Assembly (NCBI GenBank): GCA_964016885.1
Contig: OZ024743.1
Coordinates: 10,354,001 to 10,418,000, forward strand
DNA from: Eledone cirrhosa
Lineage: Eukaryota
Direction of reading: 5' to 3'
DNA: 64,000 nucleotides
The translations under genes were made by a program, and so were the position numbers. Under the pieces are notes generated by a model. The model was not told the origin of the DNA. It saw nothing but the letters and a program-made list of their open reading frames with translations, and searched no databases. Positions 50,181-62,673 of the stretch are shown one piece after another; the first letter of the stretch is position 1; every line of letters starts with the position of its first letter.

Positions 50181-52660
50181 TATAAGAATATAAGAATAAC
50201 AAATATATAAGAAGAACAGATAGAGACATTCAATGTAGAAGAGCACTAAAAATAAGAGCACCTAAAAAATAACTTACTAGAGGCGACAAAGGAGATCTGT
50301 GGCTGGAGTAAGACCACAGGCAAGAGGAGAGTGACTTGGTGGTGGAACAATAAGGTAGATGAGGCAGTTAGGGCCAAGAGACAAGCATGGAAAGAATGGT
50401 AGAACGGGGGAAGCAGGGTACATAACATAGTGACCAGGAGGTGACAAGTATACTTAGCTAGGAGGGAAGCAGAGGATAGAAAATTCAAGCATGTTTTGCA
50501 ACGTGAGGACCAGAAACAGGAGGTGTTCAAGATTGTGAGGCAGTGTCTCAGAGAGAATTGTGATGTCATTGGAGAGAAGTGTATCCAGAATGATAAAGGT
50601 GAGCTTGTCATCACAAGTGCTGAGAAGAAAGATGCATGGAAGAGCCATTATGATAGATTATTAAATGAGGAGAATGCATGGGAAGAAGAGACCCTACTCC
50701 AAGTAGACCCTATAGAGGGGCCGGCAGTACAAGTCAGTAGCAGCGTAGTAAGTAAGGCAATCAAAGATATGAAGATGGGGAAGGCAACCGGTCCATCGGG
50801 TATGGCTGCTGAGATGCTGAAGGCATCTAGGTCGGTAGGTCACACTATAACCGCACGTAGTGTTAACCAGGTAATACTAGAAGGTGTCATACCAAAGGAT
50901 TGGTGCAGTAGCATCATTGTCAACTGCTACAAAGGTAAAGGTGATGCACTCGATAGAGGAAACTATAGAGGTATAAAGCTGATGGACCAGGTCATAAAAG
51001 TGACAGAAAGAGTTATAGCACAGTTGATTAGGGACCAGGTGAAACTAGATGAGATGCAATTTGGGTTTGTGCCAGGAGGCACCACTGATGCCCTCTTCCT
51101 TGTGAGGCAGTTACAGGAAAAGTACCTAGCTAAAAGTAAGCCACTCTACCTGGCATTCATCGATCTCGAGAAAGCCTTTGGCAGAGTTCCCCATGCTATA
51201 ATCTGGTGGGCTCTTAGAAAACTAGGAGTAGATGAATGGCTTGTGAAAGCTGTACAAGCCATGTATAGGGGAGCAGTCAGCAAAGTTATGATTAGCAATG
51301 AGTGCAGTGAGGAATTTAGCATACAGGTTGGTGTCCACCAGGGCTCTGTTCTTAGCCCTCTCCTGTTCATCATAGTCCTGCAGGCAATAACGGAGGAGTT
51401 TAAGACCGGATGCCCATGGGAACTCCTGTATGCAGACGACTTCGCACTTATAGCTGAATCTATGGTATAACTACAGAAGAAATTCCAAACTTGGAAGCAG
51501 GGACTAGAAAGAAAGGGTTTCAAAGTCAACCTGACAAAGACTAAGGTCCTTGTAAGTAGACGAGAAAACAGAACACAGATCCCCTCAGGGAAATGGCCTT
51601 GCTCAGTATGTAGGAAAGGTGTAGGTAGGAACTCCATTCTCTGCCCCAAATGCAAACAATGGCTACACAAGAGATGTAGCGGGATCTCAGGAAGCTTAAC
51701 TAAGAATGTAGGCTTCACATGTAGCAGCTGTTGCTGGGAGAGCAAGCAGCAAACAGCCACAGGAAACAAGTACCACCAAACTCTTGGAGGGCTCTGTAGA
51801 AACAGTAGACAGCTTCTGCTACCTAGGTGACGGAATTAGCAGCGGAGGTGGGGGTTCGGAAAGTACAATAACTAGGGTAAGAACAAGATGGAAGAAGTTC
51901 AGGGAGCTACTGCCACTGCTAACTGCAAAAGGCTTTTCCCTCAAAAAGAGAGGCAGACTGTATGATGCATGTATACGAACAGCAATGTTGCATGGTATTG
52001 AGACCTGGGCGCTGTCTGTGGAAGACTTGCGTAGATTAGAAAGAAACGAAGCCTGCATACTCCGATGGATGTGTAATAGTAATATACGTGAACTGCAAAG
52101 CATAAATGAATTGAGAGAGAGACTGAGCATAAGAGGAATCAAATTCTGTGTGCAGGAGAGGCGGTTGCGTTGGTATGGACATGTGATGCATATGACGGAT
52201 GACAGCTGCATAAAAAGGTGCAGAGCACTAGAAGTCGATGGAAACCGCGGAGTGGGGAGATCTAAGAAGACCTGGGATGAGGTGATAAAAGCCGACCTTA
52301 CCCAATTACACTTCTCAAAGGCGATGACACAGGACCGTGACTTCTAGCGTGACGCAGTAATACAGAAGACCCGACCCCCACGGGTACAATCCGAAGCTGA
52401 AGCATATAGACAATATGCCCCCACACCCTCCCACTGCAAAGTGGTCGTGGAGGTGCCACGGCAAAAAGGCACCCAACACTCACTGTAAATGAGGTTGGTG
52501 TTAGGAAGGGCATCCAGCTGTAGAAATCAAGCCACAATCGGTTCCCGTATGAGCAAGACAGGGTGACCCGACCGGATACTGCCCACAACAGGACAACCCG
52601 TCTAACCCATGTTAGCGTGGAAGAATGGACGTAAAACGGTGATGATGATCATGATGATGA
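50181..52660 (+). mobile_element. RTE subfamily B, 2.5-kb 5'-truncated copy containing the RT domain
   Basis: NYRGIKLM, QFGFVPG, FIDLEKAF, GVHQGSVLSPLLF, LLYADD, PHD-like finger, RLRWYGHV, 3'UTR and (GAT)n; a few stops and frameshifts. Confidence 0.93.
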
Positions 52661-52673
52661 TATATATATATAT

Positions 52674-53445
52674 GAAATTTTGAAACAGCTAATTAACCCG
52701 CGTGTGTTTTATATTTTACTCTTAATTCGGCCGGAGATTTACATTCCCATTTGCCCTTTAAAACATAACTTTCCGTATTTACTACGGTTATGAGATGCGG
52801 TTTCTTATTCGGGTACAACTTCTGATTTTAGCCTAAGAAAATATCTATATGCGTGTGTAATTTATACACGCATATATTTATTTTTTTAATTTCAATTGAG
52901 TTCTTAACACGTTGGGTTGATAATGTTTTCGATAAAACTATTTAACCCGCGTATATATTATTTTTTTTTCCTCCTTTCGTGGATCGTAGTTGTCTCCCCT
53001 TCCCGCTTCGTGACGCTAAAATACTTCCTCAGTCAAAACTGCTGGAATTTCAAATTTGGCGGTCATTCGAGGCGAGAAGGAGCAACTTAACAGCCACGAT
53101 TTTTGACTGCAGTAAGAATTTTTTTCTTATATCAAAGTTTAATGATGATTTATAAGCGCCCACCTAAATATATTCTTACATGAATGAATATTAGGCTTCT
53201 ACATAAACTGGAAATATTCTCCCAATTTGTAGAAAACTTATAATGAAACAATTGTTTGGAAAGAGAGATATATTTTAACTTTAATTATATCTCATAAAAT
53301 AATACAACTGGCTTTTCCACATAATACATATTGTTAGCACCCCAAACACTTAAATTGGGTTCCTATTAAAATATAACCTAATGTTTGTTGAGTGAGATGG
53401 TTACCAGTCAGAGTTTAGCTTTAAACTAGCTCTGTTATTGTATTA
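52674..53445. other. Unclassified (TA)n-flanked insertion with a CpG-retaining first half
   Basis: Bounded by TA runs; TTAACCCGCGT occurs twice; no ORF recognised. Confidence 0.3.
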
Positions 53446-53483
53446 AATATATATATATATATATTAAATATATATATATATAT

Positions 53484-54877
53484 ATTAGAGAAAGTGTCAA
53501 ACTAGATGAGATGCAGTTTGGTTTTGTGCCTGGGAAGAGTACAACAGATACCCCTCTTCTTGGTGAGACAATTGCAAGAGAGGTTCTTAGAGAAGAATAA
53601 GCCACTATACTTAGCCTTTGTTGACCTAGAGAAGGCCTTTGATAGGGTACCCCGATCTGTCATCTGGTGGTTCCTAAGGAAACTAGGTGTTGAGGAATGG
53701 CTTGTGAGGACAGTGCAAACTTTGTACAGAGGTACTCTCAGTAAAGTCAGGGTAGGAATGGAGTTTAGTGAGGAATTCCAGATACAAGTAGGAGTACATC
53801 AGGGTTCGGTCCTCAGCCCGCTCTTGTTCATTATAGTCCTCCAAGCCATAACAGAGGAGTTTAAGACTGGCTGTCCATGGGAACTTCTCTACTCTGACGA
53901 TCTGGTTCTTATAGCAGAATCAGTAGAAGAGCTAGAGAATAAATTCTGGCTATGGAAACAGCAGTTGGAAGCAAGAGGACTGAGAGTGAATCTAGCTAAG
54001 ACAAAAGTGTTGATGAGTAGAAAAGAGGACAAAACCCTGATTCCGTCAGGGAAATGACCATGTTCGATATGCAGAAAAGGAACTGGCATAAATTCTATAA
54101 AATGCACACAATGCAGATCCTGGGTACACAAGAGATGTAGCGGGATAGCAGGCAAACTAACAGGTAGGGAGAAATATGTATGCAGTAGATGTACAGGGAA
54201 ATTAGACAGTAGAAGTCGCACTGATAGACACATTTTTCAAATGCAAGAGGGCGCTATAGAAGTGGTGGATAGCTTCCGGTACCTAGGAGATCAGATTAGC
54301 ATGGGAGGGGGGTGTTCCGAGGCCATAGTATCTAGAATAAGGACTGGTTGGAAGAAGTTTAGGGAGCTGCTTCCTCTGTTGACGAAGAAGGGTTTCTCCC
54401 TGCGTACGAAAGGCCGGTTGTATGATGCCTGTGTGAGGAGCGCGATGCTGCATGGTAGTGAGACATGGGCAGCAACTGCAAAGGATATGTGACGGCTGGA
54501 GAGAAATGAGGCAAGCATGCTCCGTTGGATGTGCAGTGTCAATGTGCGTGAACGACCTAACATAAATGTGTTGAGAGAGAAACTGTGTCTGAGAGGGATA
54601 GAATGTAGTGTACGGGAGAGGAGACTGAGGTGGTATGGACATGTGATGCGCATGGAGGATGACCGATGGGTGAAGAAGTGCCAGGAATTGCCAGTTGAAG
54701 GAAGACGTGGTAGAGGTAGACCACGAAAAACATGGGCGGAGGTGGTGAGAACAGACCTCAGATCATTGAAGCTCACGGTGGAGATGACGAAGGACCGTGA
54801 CGAGTGGAGAGATGCTGTGCTGAATAAGACCCGTCCCACCCTTGCAAGCAGGGAAAAGCGGACGTAAAATGATGATG
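53484..54877 (+). mobile_element. RTE subfamily C, 5'-truncated (RT core to 3' end)
   Basis: FVDLEKAFDRVP, GVHQGSVLSPLLF, LLYSDD, PHD-like finger, RLRWYGHV; flanked by (TA)n. Confidence 0.93.
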
Positions 54878-57503
54878 AAAAAAAATGATGAGATATATAT
54901 ATATATATATACATATAAATATATACATATATATATATAACTGATCACCCACTGTCACTCCTTGTGTTATTTGGATCAAGTGTACATGCACACTCAAACA
55001 GTCAAAATCCCAACAGGAAAGTCAGCTTTTTCATGGTCTGATGCACATAACTTCACAGCTTTGTACAAACACAGACACACACACACACACATAGTTGTCC
55101 ATTCAATTTCACAAGGATTGTCACTTTCAAAAGCTCTCTAATATCTAAGATGCATTCTGACCCCCACTTCCCCAAAGTAATTAACTAAACACACATGTGC
55201 TTTGTGTCACCTGTTTTTTTTTTTTTTTCTTCCTCTTCTCACTCTCATCTATCTTTCTAATTCTTCTTTTATTTCTCATTCTATCTTCTGATAAAAGACT
55301 AACATCTGAAACATTAAGGCTCTTTTCCTAATATATCAAGCTTTAAACTAATATATATCTTTATTGTACTGTATCGTTTCATGTGTTGTTTATCTGTTAA
55401 CTTTTTGCATGTATATATAAATATATACATGGGTGTGTTTGCATACCCTTCATGAATGTATATTGAGGAAGGATATATTTGTAGGTAAGAAAAACAAAAA
55501 GAAATAATGCTTTCCCAATGAAGATGTTCAAGATATTTGTTCGGTATCAACTTAAACACTTGCTTGTCACATTTACCATCAGAAATGGAGTGAACCATTG
55601 ATTCGTTTATTGGAAACCTATAACCAACGATACTATTCTTCATAAATTACAGGATTAAATAAATAAATTAATAAATAAGTTTACTTGTGCATCCATGCAT
55701 CTCAGTTATAGCTAATTAGTTGCTCTTGTTCACACATGTGAAACACTGCCAAAACAAAGAATTTTGAAATAATCAATCAGCTTCAGCCTGCAGAAAAGAC
55801 CATTTACAACTTGGCTGAGAATACCTCCTTGACCATCGTTATTCTTGCACTCCACTGATAATATATGGAATGCAAGGGTTGATGATCTGCTGACTACATT
55901 GATCTGGTAGCAGATATAAATATCTGTGTATTATCCATATAACAGAAGTCATTCTGATATCATTGACAAATAGTTGAGTACAATAACACATATCAATCGC
56001 TTTATGGTGATTGTCCCAGTTAAAATTGGGGTTAAACTTGTGGATCAATGTCAGTTTTCATTCTCATTACGGGATACATTTTGAGGCAATATTTTATGAC
56101 AGAATACCCTTCTTAAAGGATGCAATGTACTTATTCTAAATTTTATACACAAATAGCTGAGCGAAACTGCTTAACTAAATGTCTTTTAAGAATAATATCC
56201 ATGTCTGTTCATATAAAGCAAATTTCAACAACTTGTGCATTCTTTGAGAATATCTGTGCATCAACAGCTAATGCATTGTGAAAGCTTTAATGAGCTGGAT
56301 AATTGTACATAGCTTTTTTATTTATTTTTCATTTTATTAAAAACTAAAATGCAGACACTCTGTCAGGTAGTTGTAGATTACTAAAGCAATGTTTTTATTT
56401 GTCACCATCATCTGGCTGTTCAGTGCATCTCTTAACCCCATCATCAGCATTTTATATCTTTGCTGATATGGACTTGCTCCTTCAAATACACTGTTATTAT
56501 CCAATTAATTTATCTTCATTAAATTTTACTCTTGATACATTTCCAAATTAGATTCTGAGGCAATTTAATTTACAAGGCTGTTGACATCGTCATAGGGGTG
56601 TCATTTTCCTTGTCTGATACCAACTATTTATGTTCCCACTCACCACACAGAATGTTCCTCACTACACGTATCTCTCAAAATGAATAATTCAAAAATTTCA
56701 TATTCTTATGCATACTTATTTTACTGTGAGCCCTGTTTGTATTTGATATTAAAAAACAAAAGAATTACCCATATCTATTTCCACTATCCTCTCTATTTCT
56801 TATTGCTAAGGCTTTATTAAGCTAATGTACGAACAATGCATGTACCTTTTGTCAAGGTTGTAGTTTCTAAACCAATCTCAGATAACACACATCCACACAC
56901 TCAGAATCCTATTAGAGAAAAAGAAAAGGTGAAGAAAGTAAACAAGAACGTAGGTACCCACTTAATGTTAGCTATCTTCAAATCCCCCAAATGATCTTTC
57001 AACAGTAGGAAGGCTTTGATTTTGCTTAGAAATATATCCACAATAGATTTGTAATTTCTATAAAGTACCAACATCTAAAACTCCAGCCCAGCCACACCAT
57101 GGCAATATATTCCTTGAGGAAACGTGAAGATTCAGAATATTATTCCTCAAGCTACTTTATAAAAAAACACAGGAATCAAGAGGGTTTTCTAGTCTTTTCT
57201 TTATTGGGAGTGGATAGGGTGGTATTTTTCCTCTTCACTTATACCAAAATAATTAACACTGTCTCAACAGCTCTTCCTCAGCTGCCAACCTGAAGGCCAC
57301 ATTTCCTCAAAACACTTTTTTCCAAACTCCCTTTAAGGAAACTTCTACATGATAGTAGTGTTGGTGCTGGAAGTGGTGATGGTGGTAGTGGTGACAGATT
57401 TTGTTGTTGTTGAGGTAGTGGAGAAGAAAGAAGATAAAGAGGCTGGCATTATGAAAAGAAGTGATAAGTAGGGGATATAGAAGAAGGAGAAGACAGATGA
57501 GGG

Positions 57504-57590
57504 GTGGAGGAGGAGGAGGTGGAGGTGGAGGTGGAGGAGGAGGAGGAGGAGGAGGAGACAGATGAGGAGGAAGAGAAAGAGGAGAAAGAA
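57504..57590. repeat. (GGA/GGT)n low-complexity tract
   Basis: Direct reading. Confidence 0.85.
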
Positions 57591-58635
57591 GCAATGCAAG
57601 GAAATTCTGTTAAAATTGCCTTTATCTTTACTGCCAGATGTGTGGAGTTATTGATTAGGCAAGCAAGTTATATGTTGGTGAAATTGTTTGTAAACCCAAT
57701 GGCTATATATTTGAGATGAATAAAAATTGGTTTCTGCTATCTATAAATAGTTTCTAAATAAATAGAGAATATACACACATATACGCACATACACACACAC
57801 ACACACACATTGTCTCCCACTTTCTCTCTATCTCTCTCACACGCATATACACACAAGCAGACATAGATCAAGTACATACCACATTCATGTTTCCTACCCT
57901 CACATAGATATCATATTAGAAAAATGAAATATGTTTATATATATATACCATTTATATAATATTGGTTCAAAGCTGATGATTCATTCCATCACTATGTACA
58001 GTTTTTTTGGCATGTGTGAGCCTTTTTTTTCTTTTGATTCTTAAAGAATTGCACATACCAAAAAAACTATGGGTAGTAACAGGGTGAATCTCAGCTTCAA
58101 ATGAATCAATCAACTCCACTGTATGTACAGTATTTTCCAATATTTACCAGTACACACAGACACTCACACTCTCTCACACGCATGCATGCACACACACACA
58201 AACACTCATACATGCGTGTGTGCACACACACACACACACATTCACACATTTTTAATGGTACTCTCTGGTTATGGCTGACGATGGGTTTGCATCCAAAATG
58301 TTCCTCTCCAAAGTTCAAGCCTGGGCAAGGTATTTTATGGAAGAACAAGTTGCCCATATATACCAATCTCCTTCTCCAAGAGAAAGACAATGACCAATAT
58401 AACTTGGCATCAGTTATACTGCAGGTTAACTCAGAACACAAAAGGTCAACAGAATTATTGTATCTTATGCTCTAACCATGCTGCCAACCCAGTATCCTGG
58501 ACTGATATTTTATTTATCGAATGTAAAACAATGAAAGGTGAAGTTGACCTAGTTAAGATTTGAACTCAAAGCACAGAGAACAGGAACAAATGCTATAAAT
58601 TCTATTTCAACACTCAAATAATTGTAGATTCTATA

Positions 58636-59151
58636 TGAGGGTGCTTCAAAAGGTTCATGGAAAAAGGACAGTTGGAAAAACGTTTTAAGTTCTGATGTTT
58701 ATTTTTCAGCACATGCTCCATCTAGGTTAAAACACTTCTCTAAGCATTGATACCAGCCTTTAAGTCCATCTGTGTAAAAGTGAGGGTCATGCGATTTAAA
58801 CCATGGCAAAGCAGCAATTTTTTACATCTTCAACCTCATCTCTTCCACTTCTAAAACGACTTTTTCCATTTGTAGGTTGTTGATTTCTTTGGGGTATTGT
58901 CCCCATAAACTTGCTCCAGCGCGTCAATGATTTGGTTGCTCTACCACCCTAGCTTCACCATGGATTTGATGTTTTCATGGAGACCATGCTGCTCGAGCAG
59001 GTGATGACTTCTGACTGGCGGCGCTGTGTTGCAACATGTTAAAACATGTTATGACACATTAGTACAAGAAAGTAAGGGGCATAGAGATCAAAATCCCTGC
59101 ATATGATTTTTAGCTATGTACTTTTTCCGAGAACCTTTTGAAGCCCAGTCA
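58636..59151. mobile_element. Mariner-type MITE or internally deleted element
   Basis: TGAGGGTGCTTCAAAAGGTTCATGGAAAAA and TTTTTCCGAGAACCTTTTGAAGCCCAGTCA form ~30-bp imperfect TIRs; TA on the left. Confidence 0.7.
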
Positions 59152-59463
59152 TTTCAATAAAATAAAAATAGCAGAAGGAATATAAAGTAACCTTAAAAGC
59201 ATGTGTTATATTTTTCTTTTCTATTTAGTAAACATACATTTTAATATTGCTGTACCACATGCATGTACCACATGCATATTTTTCTGCGTTAAGAAAAATA
59301 ATCAACCTGACTGGTCTTAACAGAGAGATCCATCTCTCATAAGAGGTTCAATACTCAATTTCCGAACTCTTAAAATAGTAGCTAATAAGCTATTTATAGT
59401 ATAAGCAAATATAAAGCAAATCAAATTGGTCAGCCTAATTTGCATAAAAGTGTAAACATGGGC

Positions 59464-60689
59464 ATCATCATCATCATCATCATCAGGTTTAGCGTCCGTG
59501 TTCCACGCTTGCATGGGTTTGGACGGGGGTTTTCCCACTTGAGGCAAGAGTGGTTGTCTTGCTCGCATAGGACTGTCTGGCGGGTTTTCTACAGTTGGAT
59601 GCCCTTCCTAACACCAACCACATTTACAGTGTGGGGCTGGGAGGTTTTTACCGTGTTGCCTACACGGCCACATTACAGCGTGGACTGTCTGGCGGGTTTT
59701 CTACAGCTGGATGCCCTTCCTAACACCAACCACATTTACAGTGTGGGGCTGGGAGGTTTTTACCGTGTTGCCTACACGGCCACATTTACAGCGTGGACTG
59801 TGTGTTTTTTGTCGTGACACCTACACGATCTCATTTGTTTCGGCCTGGATGTTGTGGGACCAACATAACTTTACATTGAAAGGGGCGGTGTGGGTGGGGT
59901 GGAGGTGGTGGGACGGGGGTGTGTTTTGATAGAGGTGCCTACTGACTGTAGTAGGTTTTTACTTTGTATTTAGGTAAGGCGGGTCTTCTCTATTACTGAG
60001 TACCGCCAAAGGTCTCGGTCCAGTGACATTGTCTTGGAGAGGTGTAAGCGTGTGAGGTCGGAATTTATCAGCTCGTCCCATGTTTTTCTGGGTCTGCCTA
60101 CTCCGTGGCTACCGTCTATCTTTATTGCCCTGCACTTTGTTATACAGCTGTCGTCTTTCATGCGCATCACGTGACCGTACCAACGTAGCCTTCTCTCGAG
60201 TAAACAACATCTGATCCCTCTTATTTCTAATTTTTTCCTTAGTTCGTTTATGCTTTGCCGTTCACGTATATTACTATTGCACATCCAGCGGAGCATGCAA
60301 GCTTCGTTCCTCTCTAGTCTGCGTATATCCTCTGCACACAATGCCCAGGTCTCACTGCCATGCAGCATTGCTGTTCGTATGCAGGCATCGTATAACCTGC
60401 CTTTCATTTTTAGGGAGAACCCTCTAGCGGCTAATAGTGGTATAAGCTCTCTGAACTTTTTCCATCCAGTTCTGACTCTAGCTACTGTACTTTCAGAGCA
60501 CCCTCCCCCACTGCTGATTTTGTCACCCAGATAACGGAAGCTGTCCACTATTTCTATAGAACCCTCTGCGCAGTTGAAGGAGCTAGTATTTTGTGGGCAC
60601 TTGCTGCTACTTATTGCACCAGAGCACCGGCCACATGTAAAATCTATGTTCTTAGTTAGCTTACCTGTGATCCCACTACATCTTTTATG
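59464..60689 (-). mobile_element. RTE subfamily A, 5'-truncated, young
   Basis: Almost identical to 36456-37640; intact ORF end; two 112-bp units. Confidence 0.93.
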
Positions 60690-60852
60690 AGTGAATATGA
60701 GTGAATTAATTAATAGAAATAACACACAGTGATAGGTTAAACAAAATGTATGGTAAACATATGAACATGTTCCTATTTGTTAATCTATATTGCAAACACT
60801 TGATCTTTTATGTAAATTGACTGACTAATTAGTGATTAGGAAATACGTATTT

Positions 60853-60895
60853 GATCTCAGCTGAGAGTTTGATAAAACTTGAAACTAGTCAGGTT
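60853..60895 (+). ncRNA. Decayed minimal hammerhead fold
   Basis: GATCT/AGGTT stem I (wobbles), mutated core CAGCTGA, stem II AGTTT/AAACT, GAAA-CTAG-TC. Confidence 0.35.
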
Positions 60896-62673
60896 CGATA
60901 AATTAATATCTAATTAGTTTTTGATTCTCGTACTTAAAGGAAAATCTGATCTTTGCTATCAGAACTGATGACAAAAGTGTCCATGCTATCATGTTATTGG
61001 TACTCATCATTGGAGCAGAGACAGGACCTCATTTGATCAATGAACATAGGTTTTTAACTGTCAAAAAATGTTTACATATAATTATTGGTGGGCATTAGTT
61101 AATTTTTCTTTTATTATTTATTCAGAAGAGAGTGCAGTGCCTTGACCTCAGGTGCTTCGAAAACTGGTGGGAGGCATCTTCAAACTGGAGATCTCCCCTT
61201 AACCCTTTAACATTTACATTACTCTATATCTACTATATTTTCACAATGAAGGCTTTATCTCACACAATTATCTCACATAATATCGAATCTATGAGATTTT
61301 GATATTGTTTATTTTGAGAAAAATACCTTAACATAAGTATAAGTAGCTGGTTTGAACAGAAAGAGGTGAAAGAATTCTGACTGGATATGGCCGGTAGCCA
61401 ATTAAATCTAGCACCCAAGTGTGACATAGCGACATTTAAACTCAGAACAAAAAGAGCTAGAACAAATATTGCAAATCAAGTTTTGCTCTAAGCTAGCATT
61501 ATTTATTGACTCCAGAAGGCTGAAGGGAAAGGTTTGCCTTAGTGAGAATTGACTTAGAATGAAGGATCTGAATGAAGGACTTGAAATAAATCATGTATGA
61601 ATAGATGCAATGAAAGACATACAAAAAATTGTGAATTAATCAAAATTTTCCTTTCAGCTGGAGACAGAAAACAAAAACCTAATGGTATTCGTTACTGACT
61701 CTACGAATGGAGGAAATAATTTCAATAAATTACAAATTAATTCATTTTTGTTTTTCAAATCCTTATGCTTAAGGGGATATCTGATCTCTGTTAGTCAGAA
61801 TGGGAACAGCAATGGACATATAATCAGTTTTATACAAACTCAGCGATCTGTTATCAAATTCATCAATAAACAGTGTTTTGGGTTATGAATACTTTTGAGG
61901 CATTCTGTAGTAAGTGAGAAAGACAAAGGGTGATCATTTCAATAAATTAAATATGAATTAAAAAAATGAATTCTTGATATATTACAAAAGTGTTTTAAGG
62001 CTATTTTTCCTGCTATAACATGGTTTAGTCTTGTGGGCTTCATGTCAGACTTCACACTGATCACAGGATGTTTTTGAGATAATCTTTCATGGTTATATGC
62101 CATTCTTGGAGTCAATCCTGTTAACTGTTAACTGTATATTATGACCTATCCTAAACTAGATACATACAGCAAATTTGGACATAATTCATACAAAAGAAAA
62201 TGAACATAAAAAATAAGCCAATGGTATGAATTAATCTATATCAAGTATGTATGATGTACACATAAAAAAATTAACAGACTGAAATTTCCCTCTTAGCTAG
62301 AAAAAATAAACAAATATCAGCAACTTTCAAAGAAAAGGGGAGATAATTTTAATAAATTAAGATTCATTATTTTAAAAAATATTTTTGTTAGTTGGATGGC
62401 AATAGTAACAACGGACATGTTTCAGACTTACTGGAGCACGTTATAGACAACATGGACCTGCTTGTTCGATCATTTTTAGGTTTTACATATAGAAAAAAGG
62501 TTAGAAATAATTTTGTGCAATTAATGATGTGCTATAATTTGCATAATGACAAAGAAATGAAGCTAAGGGAAATAACTCAAATGTATCAATGGAAGGATTG
62601 AAATAAACCAAGTGTGTATGGATGTATTGCAGTATGAAGAGAGAGAAAATGTAATACAAACATACATATACAC

